Both the position numbers and the translations under genes were made by a program. Of a DNA stretch of 64,000 nucleotides, positions 28,482 to 36,682 are shown piece by piece. The DNA is from Bacteroidota bacterium (GTDB lineage: Bacteria; Bacteroidota; Rhodothermia; Balneolales; Balneolaceae): positions 52,018-116,017 of the forward strand of contig JBNJFP010000003.1 in assembly GCA_051746985.1 (NCBI GenBank), in the 5' to 3' direction. The notes under the pieces are model-generated. The model did no database searches. It worked only from the letters and a program-made list of their open reading frames with translations, and was not told where the DNA came from. The stretch's first letter is position 1; every line of letters begins with the position of its first letter.

Positions 28482-29093
28482 ATGAAAGTAACTAACCTTT
28501 TATTGACTTTTTCACTGCTAATATTTTTTGTCGCCTGTGGTGGTGGCGGGGAATCATCTGAAACGGAGACTGCAGAATCTCAACAGTCCCAAGAACAAGA
28601 ACCGGAAGAAACGAGTACAACGACGGACGACGATGTTCGCACGGTTGATATCATTGGTATTGATGATATGAAGTTCGCCGTCGAAAGCGAGATGGAGGGA
28701 ATAACTGTGGGTGGTTCAACGGGAGGTGAAGGTGATCTTATTTTGCTTGAAGCTATTGAAGTACAGCCGGGCGAAGAAATTCGTATCCGACTGACAACAA
28801 GAAGTGATCTGCCAGCTTCGGCAATGGCTCATAATTGGGTCCTGATGATACTTGATGCTGATGCGAATGATTATGTTTCTCAAGCTTCCAAGGCTCAAGA
28901 TGAGGATTATATGCCCGAAGAGTTGAGTGACCAAGTGTTATATCATACCGAAATGGTAGCCGGAGGTGAAACCACGGAAGTTACGTTTACGGCTCCCGAA
29001 GAGCCGGGAGATTATGAATACCTCTGCAGTTTTCCGGGGCATTATGCAGCGGGAATGAAGGGAGTGTTAGTTGTAAATAATGAAGCAGATTAG
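28482..29093 (+). CDS. azurin/plastocyanin-family blue copper lipoprotein
   Basis: Lipobox FFVAC, an acidic linker, and a cupredoxin C-terminal ligand loop CSFPGHYAAGM (Cys-His-Met) with an upstream His (AMAHNW). Confidence 0.85.
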   Translation: MKVTNLLLTFSLLIFFVACGGGGESSETETAESQQSQEQEPEETSTTTDDDVRTVDIIGIDDMKFAVESEMEGITVGGSTGGEGDLILLEAIEVQPGEEIRIRLTTRSDLPASAMAHNWVLMILDADANDYVSQASKAQDEDYMPEELSDQVLYHTEMVAGGETTEVTFTAPEEPGDYEYLCSFPGHYAAGMKGVLVVNNEAD

Positions 29094-29134
29094 GCAAATT
29101 GAATTCCCTGTGCGTTAGTTAAATTGTTTCGAAG

Positions 29135-29344
29135 CTAAACTGTTGTGACGTTCTTATTTTTGCGAACGTTACAACAAGTAGCGCAGGGATTTAAGTCAAC
29201 ATAAAGCGTTTTAGCCTTTTGTAAAGCCTCTTCGTCGGTATCAAAATCTCCAAGTTTAACCATGCCTTTCCTGATGGGCAGCCAAACGCAGTCGGTTTTG
29301 TGGATTTCATGCACACCATGCTTTTTGATGTAATAGGTAGTCAT
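29135..29344 (-). CDS. small Cys-containing protein (Ada-like metal-binding pattern)
   Basis: 69 aa. The pattern IHKTDCVW...F.T.EEA...A......NPCATCC resembles short H-x3-C ... C-x2-C metal-binding proteins. Confidence 0.5.
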   Translation of the reverse strand: MTTYYIKKHGVHEIHKTDCVWLPIRKGMVKLGDFDTDEEALQKAKTLYVDLNPCATCCNVRKNKNVTTV

Positions 29345-29472
29345 AAAGGCGCTCCTAATTTTTAGGCTTTTGTTAACTTCCGATTTGGGAAATTAGTATA
29401 ACAAGTGGTCAATTGTTGTAATGAATTTCCTTATATCTGAATGCTTGCCTCTTCAAACTGGATAGCTGAATA

Positions 29473-29487
29473 TAGGGAGGATCCTTA
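29473..29487. promoter_or_regulatory. candidate operator, perfect TAGGrA-N3-TyCyTA palindrome
   Basis: TAGGGAGGATCCTTA is intergenic. It is followed by the block ATCCTTACAGGCA-N10-TTCTCTTA, which is shared with the site at 54047-54077. Confidence 0.5.
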
Positions 29488-29860
29488 CAGGCAATTTATC
29501 CTGTTCTCTTACATCAAGTTGTTAGCTCATCATATATAATATCGGCCCTTACTTGATAGCTAACTATATTCATCAAGTGAGACTTGGTTAACAGTTTTCA
29601 ATAAATAAAACGACGTATTCATGGAAGAGTTAGATCCGATATCCCCACAAGAAAAATTAATTTTTAAAGAACATTATCATAGAATTCAATATGCCTTAAA
29701 AAGGATGTCAAGGCGGAGTTATTTAAAAGTTATTACTAACTCATCTAATAGATACCAAGGCAGATATGAAAGATTTCAAGGGATCTACTAAATGTCATCA
29801 AATTGTAATTTCTTGAAATTTTTACGGCATAAATTTGAATAAACAGAATGAGAGTAAAAA

Positions 29861-30253
29861 ATGAAGACTCCAACAATAGAGAGAAATTCCCCTTACAGCG
29901 ATCAGGAACTCGAATATTTCCGAAAAATTATCATCAAAAAACGCAATGAGGCTGCCCAGGAGTTGGAAAGTCTCAAAAGAGCTCTGCAAGAAGAGATGGA
30001 TAATGTAACGACTAAAGTCACTTATTCTTCCCACATGGGCGATATTGGTACAAATACCAGAGAACGGGATAAAATCTATATCTTACACAATCGAACCCGC
30101 AAATTTATTAGCTATCTGGATCGTGCACTTCAACGCATAGACAATAAAGCCTACGGAATTTGCAAGGTTACGGGTAAAAAAATTCCCAAAGGTCGGCTCG
30201 AGGTTGTACCCCATACCCAACTTAGCATCGAGGCCAAAAGAAAACAGCAGTAA
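29861..30253 (+). CDS. TraR/DksA-family protein lacking the C4 zinc finger
   Basis: Coiled-coil N-terminal part. The C-terminus NKAYGICKVTGKKIPKGRLEVVPHTQLSIEAK has only one Cys. It is a paralog of 47219..47620. Confidence 0.75.
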   Translation: MKTPTIERNSPYSDQELEYFRKIIIKKRNEAAQELESLKRALQEEMDNVTTKVTYSSHMGDIGTNTRERDKIYILHNRTRKFISYLDRALQRIDNKAYGICKVTGKKIPKGRLEVVPHTQLSIEAKRKQQ

Positions 30254-30354
30254 TATCTTTTTTTGATTGCGATGTGTAATCGAGATGGATTGGCTTTCAA
30301 GTGAACCCTGTTTGCAGTGTTATCCTGGGAATCTTAATATTGGGAAGTGATTGT

Positions 30355-31614
30355 TTAGAAAAACAATATTCCGATTGTACTTGAAACTATTATCAGGGCA
30401 CAAAAAACAAGTAGTTTCAGGGCATTTTTTATACCGCTAAAAAATGCAAAGATGACTCCCTTTATGAAGGTATTTGCAATGGCAACAAGGATTAATGCAT
30501 TCCCTGCTGCCTCCATGGAAAGGGTATCACCGCCTATTTGCAACAAAGACAGAGTGATGGAGTCGATGTCAACCATGCCCGAAATTACCGACAATCCATA
30601 AACGCCCGGATCTCCCAGCCACTGCCTGCTGGCTTCTGCCAATAGCATAACCAAAGCTAAAATAATCCCAAACTGAATGGCGGTATTCAGCTGAAGGGGG
30701 TTTTTTATGGAGGAGATTTGCTTGCGCTTTTTGGAATGGTCGCTCTTGAGCCATACCCAAAGGGCCAATCCAGAGGTTGTCACAAGCATCGCTGCTACAG
30801 GAGGAGCGACCCGGTAAATCAAGATTGGATTGAAAATCCCAATCCATAACAGCATTCGAGCGAGGGCCGTAAAATTCGCGATTAAAGCACCAATAACTAA
30901 GGTGTCAGTAGTAGTTTCTCCTTCCCGTGCAAATCGTCCCAGTGTTACAGTTACCGCTATAGATGAAACCAACGCCCCGGTAAAAGAGGTGAAAAGTATT
31001 CCCTTTTCGTTGCCCAGGTATTTCATTGAAAAATAGCCTACGTAAGAGAGCCCGGCGATCAAAACGACCATTCCCCATATTTCAAATGGATTTAAGACCT
31101 CCCAGGGGCCGTATCCCTGATTGGGAAGGAGGGGTAAAACAACCGCTGAAATTATCAGGAATAGTATCCCTGAATAAAACTCCTGGGGTTCTATGGTTTT
31201 GATCCAAGTATGGAGTCTGGGTTTGATGCTCAGTATCAAAACCATGACAACAGTTATGGCCACCGGTAAAATGAGGTATCCTTTGATTACGGCCACTCCA
31301 ATTCCGAAGGTGATGAACGCCGCCATCTCAGTGGTGAGTCCGAGCAAGCCTGTTTGTTGAACGTGCTGGTAATAACCGATCATGATAATTAGTACAAAAG
31401 CAAGCAGGGCGGCACCCAGTACCAAATCCCCGATATGCTCGGAAAGGATTCCCCACAGGCCACCGGATAATGCGATAAGTGTAAAGGTACGAACGCCGGC
31501 TGTGCGCTGTCCCTCTTTTTTTCGTTGGAAATACCAGCCGCGCTCAATGCCGATGATGAACCCCAGCACCAATATCAGTCCCATCTTGCCCAGTAACCGA
31601 ATTTCTGTATCCAT
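30355..31614 (-). CDS. MgtC/SapB-family membrane protein with DUF4010-like C-terminal domain
   Basis: 419 aa. The N-terminus GFIIGIERGW is typical of MgtC, and about 10 TM segments follow. Confidence 0.7.
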   Translation of the reverse strand: MDTEIRLLGKMGLILVLGFIIGIERGWYFQRKKEGQRTAGVRTFTLIALSGGLWGILSEHIGDLVLGAALLAFVLIIMIGYYQHVQQTGLLGLTTEMAAFITFGIGVAVIKGYLILPVAITVVMVLILSIKPRLHTWIKTIEPQEFYSGILFLIISAVVLPLLPNQGYGPWEVLNPFEIWGMVVLIAGLSYVGYFSMKYLGNEKGILFTSFTGALVSSIAVTVTLGRFAREGETTTDTLVIGALIANFTALARMLLWIGIFNPILIYRVAPPVAAMLVTTSGLALWVWLKSDHSKKRKQISSIKNPLQLNTAIQFGIILALVMLLAEASRQWLGDPGVYGLSVISGMVDIDSITLSLLQIGGDTLSMEAAGNALILVAIANTFIKGVIFAFFSGIKNALKLLVFCALIIVSSTIGILFF

Positions 31615-31622
31615 TCACCTAT

Positions 31623-32441
31623 CTATTGTTTGAGGATACTATGCCTTTGTCTTTCTTCTACATATTTTTCTGCAGGGATGTTGAGAAACGGTACCGTAGT
31701 CTTGTATCCGATCCGACTACCGTGATCTCTTTCAATAATTTTTTGGAAAAGCGTTTTTTTGTAGCGGGTCAGAACTAACAGCTTGGGGGTGTGCGTTTTT
31801 AAATATTTAAAAAATCCTTCTTCGAAAGAGGAATTAAAAACCCGTTCAAAAGATAGCTTGTCGTATTCCAGACGCTCTTTTAAGATTTCCTTGAATCCGC
31901 GGAATTTTATCAGTTCCTGGAGGGAATCATCGGTAAATAGATGCAGTACATGCAGGTTGGCATTAAAATGTCTGGCCCAATCGGATATTTCTTTTGATGC
32001 AGATAAATCTCCTTCGTTAAAATCGGTCATAAATACAATATTCTCAAAATCCGAATAGATACTATCTTGTGGAACGGCAAGTACTGGGATGTCGGATTTT
32101 GAAATGACTTTTGATGTTGTACTTCCCAACAGTTTTCTACCACCAGAACTGCCTTTATTTCCCATGACAATAAGGTCCGCCTTAATATCTTGGGCCTGCC
32201 TCAGTATTGACACATCGGGATCGCCGATTTCACTAATGATTTGGCTTTCAATTTCTTTAAATCGGTTATCACTTGTTAATTGCTCGAAATGTTTATCTAA
32301 TGTAAATGAGAATGAACTTGTCATCGAGTGCATTACATAAAGACGAGCCTTAAGATTTATGGCTAATTCAAGGGCAAAGGAAATGGCTGTTTTTGAACAA
32401 TCAGAAAAGTCAGTTGGGACTAGTATATTTTTAATATTCAT
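31623..32441 (-). CDS. universal stress protein, tandem Usp domains
   Basis: N-terminus ILVPTDFSDCS, ATP-binding-type motif GNKGSSGGRKLLGSTTSKV, and a second Usp-like half. It lies 8 nt upstream of the MgtC-like gene. Confidence 0.85.
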   Translation of the reverse strand: MNIKNILVPTDFSDCSKTAISFALELAINLKARLYVMHSMTSSFSFTLDKHFEQLTSDNRFKEIESQIISEIGDPDVSILRQAQDIKADLIVMGNKGSSGGRKLLGSTTSKVISKSDIPVLAVPQDSIYSDFENIVFMTDFNEGDLSASKEISDWARHFNANLHVLHLFTDDSLQELIKFRGFKEILKERLEYDKLSFERVFNSSFEEGFFKYLKTHTPKLLVLTRYKKTLFQKIIERDHGSRIGYKTTVPFLNIPAEKYVEERQRHSILKQ

Positions 32442-32510
32442 GTTGCTGTGTTTATGAAGAACTATTTGTTTGGCCTCCTATAAGTTAGGGTGATAATTTC
32501 TTTTTATATG

Positions 32511-32525
32511 TAGGTCATTTGCTTA
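32511..32525. promoter_or_regulatory. candidate operator, TAGGrA-N3-TyCyTA family
   Basis: aTG TAGGTCATTTGCTTA lies 70-84 nt upstream of the USP ATG. Confidence 0.3.
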
Positions 32526-32829
32526 AATATCGTATTTCGAAACGTATGGAAATCTACTGCTGATCCTATTTAGCAAAGAGTGTTACAAGGTAGGTGAAAA
32601 TTCTACATGAGATAGGCAGTAGAGCCCTACAATTTACCAGCCCAATGTTGGTTATAATAGGTATAGAAATTTGACATACTGTTTTTGCACAGTCTCTATG
32701 GGGTGCTACGGCATTTCATGAGATAAACCCAAACTATTCCGCGGGTTTCTTTTTGTGATCTACCCAATTTGGGAAGTGCAAAAAGTGTGCAACGGTATTT
32801 TGTTGGTGCCTTGATCGGTACTGGCAAAC

Positions 32830-32930
32830 AAGCTGACGGTTGAGGGTGTCTCTTAAGTGAGACTGAGATTATACCTCCATAACTTGACCTGGATAATTCC
32901 GGCGAAAGGAAACCGTTAGCTTTTTTTTAT
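32830..32930 (+). ncRNA. TPP riboswitch aptamer (THI element) with a 12-bp P1 directly followed by a U-tract; no downstream ORF
   Basis: AAGCUGACGGUU GAGGGUGUCUCUUAAGUGAGACUGAGAUUAUACCUCC..ACUUGACCUGGAUAAUUCCGGCGAAAGGAA ACCGUUAGCUU then UUUUUUUAU. P3 is GUCUC/GAGAC and the CUGAGA core is present. Confidence 0.8.
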
Positions 32931-33068
32931 TTCTGATCTTTTCGGCCTACCTCTGTATGCAATATTTACGAAGTATGTTTAAACAATACGCGCTGTAAAA
33001 ATTAGGAATAAAGGCTTAAATCCAGTTATTGGATTAGAAGCATTAGAGGAAGGAGTTTTTAGCACAAT

Positions 33069-33109
33069 AAAAAAAGGGAATCACGACTTATTATTTGACG
33101 CAATTCCCC
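33069..33109 (-). terminator. intrinsic terminator of hsp20
   Basis: On the - strand, GGGAAT..N..ATTCCC is followed by TTTTTTT, about 20 nt after the hsp20 stop. Confidence 0.55.
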
Positions 33110-33129
33110 TGTAATTTAGAATGGTTACT

Positions 33130-33585
33130 TTAGTCGATCTTAACAGATTGCCGTTTACTTTTTTCGGCTTTTGGGATATGAACAGTCAGGACCCCGTCTT
33201 TAAATGTCGCCTTGATTTTATCTTCTTTCACACTTGCTGGAAGCGAGAATTTGCGTTCAAATGAACCGAAAGAACGTTCACGTCGAAGATATCCGTTGTG
33301 TTCTTCTTCGGTTTCGTGTTTTCGTTCTCCTTGAATTGAGAGAATATTGTCCTGAACGTTGAGTGTAATGTCTTGTTTTGACATTCCGGGTAGGTCGACT
33401 TCGATCATATATTCGTTGTCGGTTTCCATCATGTCTGTTCGAGGTGCCCAGGATCGCAATCCCATTTCTGAATCATCAAGTCGCCAGCTGAACGGAATTA
33501 GATCATTAAAAATGCGGTCCATTTCGCGACGAAGATTGTTAATGGGTTCCACAGAGGGGCGATCATATTTTGTTAATGGAGTCAT
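33130..33585 (-). CDS. Hsp20/alpha-crystallin small heat-shock protein
   Basis: Alpha-crystallin domain with the C-terminal motif ATFKDGVLTVHIPK. 151 aa. Confidence 0.9.
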   Translation of the reverse strand: MTPLTKYDRPSVEPINNLRREMDRIFNDLIPFSWRLDDSEMGLRSWAPRTDMMETDNEYMIEVDLPGMSKQDITLNVQDNILSIQGERKHETEEEHNGYLRRERSFGSFERKFSLPASVKEDKIKATFKDGVLTVHIPKAEKSKRQSVKID

Positions 33586-33710
33586 AATTTTTGTCTCATT
33601 TATTTTATTGTTACAAATGTTTGTTAACCATCAAGAATCTAAGTGATAAAAGGTTTTATAAGTATGGTATTAGTCACCAGTTAGGCATAGTAAAAAGAAG
33701 GATTGGCCTT

Positions 33711-33725
33711 TAGGAATTCTCCCTA
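33711..33725. promoter_or_regulatory. candidate operator, perfect TAGGrA-N3-TyCyTA palindrome
   Basis: TAGGAATTCTCCCTA lies 126-140 nt upstream of the hsp20 ATG. Confidence 0.5.
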
Positions 33726-33778
33726 CAGTACACTGCTATGAATTTTAAGAGGCCAATTTTTCCTAATAAAATATGAGG

Positions 33779-35506
33779 CTATTTCTGAATTTCTACAGGC
33801 TCCGCTTGCTGTCCATTGCCAGTATTAACCAATCCCAATTGAAACTCATCCATGGGTTTGTGGTAATCATAAGGCCCATGAACGACCACGGGGATATGAT
33901 CGAAATTATGCGGTGGGGCGGGCGAAGATATTTGCCACTCTAATCCTCTGCTTCCCCAAGGGTTTGCCGGTGCCTTTTTACTATTGAATAAGGAGGCGAT
34001 TAAGTAATAGATAACAAGCAACAAGCCAATGCCAAGGATGTAGGCGCCTACAGTTGAAAGCTGATGAAATCCCTGGAATTCATCTATATAATTGAAATAA
34101 CGTCTTGGCATGCCGAGTATTCCCATCGCAAATTGCGGGAGAAAGGTTACGTTAAATCCAATGAATATGATAAAGCAGGCAATTTTAGCCTGTATTTCGT
34201 TAAACATTTTACCCGTCATCTTGGGCCACCAGTAATGTAAGCCGCCTAAAAATGCCATCAACATTCCACCTACCATCGTAAAATGAAAATGGGCAACTAC
34301 GTAGTAGGTATCGTGCAGATGAACATTTAATGGGATGGTAGCAAGCGCAATTCCGGTAAACCCGCCAACCAGAAAAAGAAAGAAAAAACCAAATATATAC
34401 AGCAGCGGAGATTTTAGATCAATGGAGCCTTTATATAGGGTGGCTGTCCAGTTAAACATTTTAATGCCTGTGGGGATGCCAACCAGAAATGTTAAGAATG
34501 AAAATACCATCCCAGCGAGAGGCGATTGACCGGATACAAACATATGATGTCCCCATACAAGGAAACTAATAAAAGCAATGGCCAGTGATGAAAGTGCTAT
34601 GGCCCAGTAGCCGAAAATATGTTTTCTTGCGAAAGTGGTAACGACTTCAGAAACAATTCCAAAACCGGGGACGATCATAATATAAACGGCGGGGTGACTG
34701 TAGAACCAGAAAAAGTGCTGGTAGAGCACGGGATCGCCTCCGAGGGCCGGATCAAAAATACCAATTCCAAGGATTCGCTCCATGGCCACCAGCGCCAGGG
34801 TAATGGCAAGCACAGGAGTTGCTAATATCTGCATGACACTTGTCGCATAAAGGGCCCAGCAAAATAACGGTAGTTTATCCCAGGTGAGGCCGGGCGCCCG
34901 CATTTTATGAATGGATGTAATGAAATTTACGCCCGTGAGAATAGAAGAGAACCCAATCACAAAAATACCGAAAACGACAAGGGTAACGCCCCCAGCTGTG
35001 GTTGAAGAGTAGGGCAGATAAAAAGTCCAGCCAGTATCTACTCCTCCGCCAATTATTCCAAAAAGCATAATGCCAGCACCTATTAACAAAATATAGTAAC
35101 TGGCTAAGTTCAGCCGGGGAAATGCCAGATCTTTTGCTCCCAACTGGATGGGCAGGATAAAATTTCCCATCACAGTGGGTACCGAAGGAATAAGAAAGAG
35201 GAAAATCATTACGGCCCCGTGCAGGGTAAAAAGCTGGTTGTATGTGTTCGCTTCGATAAAGGTTTTGGCGGGGGTCCAAAGTTCGGTGCGAATTAGCAGC
35301 GCCAGAATGCCCCCGACGATAAAAAAGATTGTAATAGTGACGAGGTAGAGGATGCCAATTCTTTTATGGTCTAAGGTGGTCAGCCAGGACCAGATTCCCT
35401 TTTCGGTATTTATGTAGTGCTCTTTGGGATCAGGATCGGGTTTATATCTTTTTACGCTTACTTTTTTTGCAGGAGAAGCTGGTATAGTCCCCGTAGAATT
35501 TGTCAT
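33779..35506 (-). CDS. ctaD: heme-copper (cytochrome c) oxidase subunit I, A2-type
   Basis: 12 or more TM segments. CuB/heme ligands are [17 protein letters not shown] (YS motif with no helix-VI Glu) and WGHHMF. No subunit II or III gene lies adjacent. Confidence 0.9.
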   Translation of the reverse strand: MTNSTGTIPASPAKKVSVKRYKPDPDPKEHYINTEKGIWSWLTTLDHKRIGILYLVTITIFFIVGGILALLIRTELWTPAKTFIEANTYNQLFTLHGAVMIFLFLIPSVPTVMGNFILPIQLGAKDLAFPRLNLASYYILLIGAGIMLFGIIGGGVDTGWTFYLPYSSTTAGGVTLVVFGIFVIGFSSILTGVNFITSIHKMRAPGLTWDKLPLFCWALYATSVMQILATPVLAITLALVAMERILGIGIFDPALGGDPVLYQHFFWFYSHPAVYIMIVPGFGIVSEVVTTFARKHIFGYWAIALSSLAIAFISFLVWGHHMFVSGQSPLAGMVFSFLTFLVGIPTGIKMFNWTATLYKGSIDLKSPLLYIFGFFFLFLVGGFTGIALATIPLNVHLHDTYYVVAHFHFTMVGGMLMAFLGGLHYWWPKMTGKMFNEIQAKIACFIIFIGFNVTFLPQFAMGILGMPRRYFNYIDEFQGFHQLSTVGAYILGIGLLLVIYYLIASLFNSKKAPANPWGSRGLEWQISSPAPPHNFDHIPVVVHGPYDYHKPMDEFQLGLVNTGNGQQAEPVEIQK

Positions 35507-35641
35507 TATTCCATTCGCTCTCTTTAATATTTTTACCTATCAAGAAGAATACGCGAACTTATGGCTTAGAAGTAAAAGGACATCCCTAAAACGACATGTG
35601 GTTAAATGCCTTACAATTGGATTTCAGTGAGTTTTGTAGGC

Positions 35642-36385
35642 CTATTCAGCAAAAATTATTTTTATTAGCCACATAAGCACTATGCCTGCAGAAAATGATA
35701 CGAAGTGAATGATGTTTACCCCTAACTTTTCGTGTTTATTTACTTCCGGAACCAGGTCCGAAGCTCCGATATACAGAAAGTTGCCTGCCGCAAATGGGAT
35801 CAGAAAATCGACATTGATGTGATGGGAGATGAAATAAGCAAGGATACCTCCACCCAGAAACGTCAGTCCGGAAATAACGTTGAACAGCAGGGCGTTGGAT
35901 TTCTCCCAGCCGCCGTGTATGAGGATGGCAAAATCACCCAACTCTTGCGGGATCTCGTGAGCCGCTGCCGCTATCCACGCCATCAACCCAAGTTGAATAT
36001 CAATTAAGAATATTCCCCCGATGGCCAATCCCCCGAGAAAATTATGCAATCCGTCCCCAATCAGAATGAGGTAGGTCATAGGTTTGTGGGCATTCTTGCG
36101 ATCCAGTTGGCAATGCCGCCAGTGCAGAAATTGTTCAAGGATAAAAAACAGGCCGAAGCCGATGAGTACCCACATAAAATTAGTGGTAGAATCCTCGAAT
36201 TCGGTCAGGCTTGCAGGAATCATATGCAAAAAGGCTCCACCCATTAATGAGCCCGCAGCAAAAGCGACCAATGGCATTTGAATGTTGCGGAGCGTCTTAT
36301 CGCTGAGAATCAATGTGATACTACCCACGAGAGCAATGGCACTCATTAGCAATCCCGTAATAATAATCCAGCCTAATGCTCCCAT
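35642..36385 (-). CDS. ZIP-family divalent metal transporter
   Basis: 247 aa with 8 TM segments and the ZIP signature HEIPQELGDFAIL. Confidence 0.85.
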   Translation of the reverse strand: MGALGWIIITGLLMSAIALVGSITLILSDKTLRNIQMPLVAFAAGSLMGGAFLHMIPASLTEFEDSTTNFMWVLIGFGLFFILEQFLHWRHCQLDRKNAHKPMTYLILIGDGLHNFLGGLAIGGIFLIDIQLGLMAWIAAAAHEIPQELGDFAILIHGGWEKSNALLFNVISGLTFLGGGILAYFISHHINVDFLIPFAAGNFLYIGASDLVPEVNKHEKLGVNIIHFVSFSAGIVLMWLIKIIFAE

Positions 36386-36471
36386 GATGAAAATATTAGT
36401 TTTCTATTGATCTGCATCAAAGCTGCTAAAGTTGTCCTGATATAGCCATAAGTCCATACCTCTCATTGATG

Positions 36472-36486
36472 TAGGAGATTTTCTTA
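36472..36486. promoter_or_regulatory. candidate operator, TAGGrA-N3-TyCyTA family
   Basis: aTG TAGGAGATTTTCTTA has 1 mismatch. It lies 87-101 nt upstream of the ZIP ATG and about 200 nt upstream of the P-type ATPase. Confidence 0.4.
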
Positions 36487-36682
36487 GGATAAGCTTCTCG
36501 ATATCCTCCTGCTTTATCGATGAGGAAATATCTAATTTTGTACTTAGGCTATTTTGGTGGTGTAAGCTTTTTAACCACTTTTCCGTTCTGCAGTCAGAAG
36601 AGTTCATGAGTTTATTTATTGAAGGCACTACAGAAATATTGAAATCATTGCAAGGCGTGGGATATAATTATCGGATAAGAAA

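Noticed and set aside
32700-32730. GGGGTGC..TGAGA..AAACCC in the 5' domain of TPP element copy 2 resembles the 5' half of a second TPP aptamer (tandem riboswitch idea)
   Set aside because: There is no P3 stem, no matching 3' half (ACCUGAUCUGGAUAAUGCCAGCG-like) and the copy 1 equivalent lacks the pattern. It is probably a coincidental or vestigial similarity.
33711-33725. Possibility that the TAGGGA/TCCCTA palindrome is a DosR box
   Set aside because: The mycobacterial DosR consensus, as I recall it, centres on GGGAC-N-GTCCC with different spacing. It shares only the G/C triplets, so I treat the motif as unassigned.
36404-36628. 74-aa - strand ORF between ZIP and the P-type ATPase
   Set aside because: It has low-complexity, non-protein-like composition, contains the palindromic operator at 36472, and lies in a divergent promoter region.
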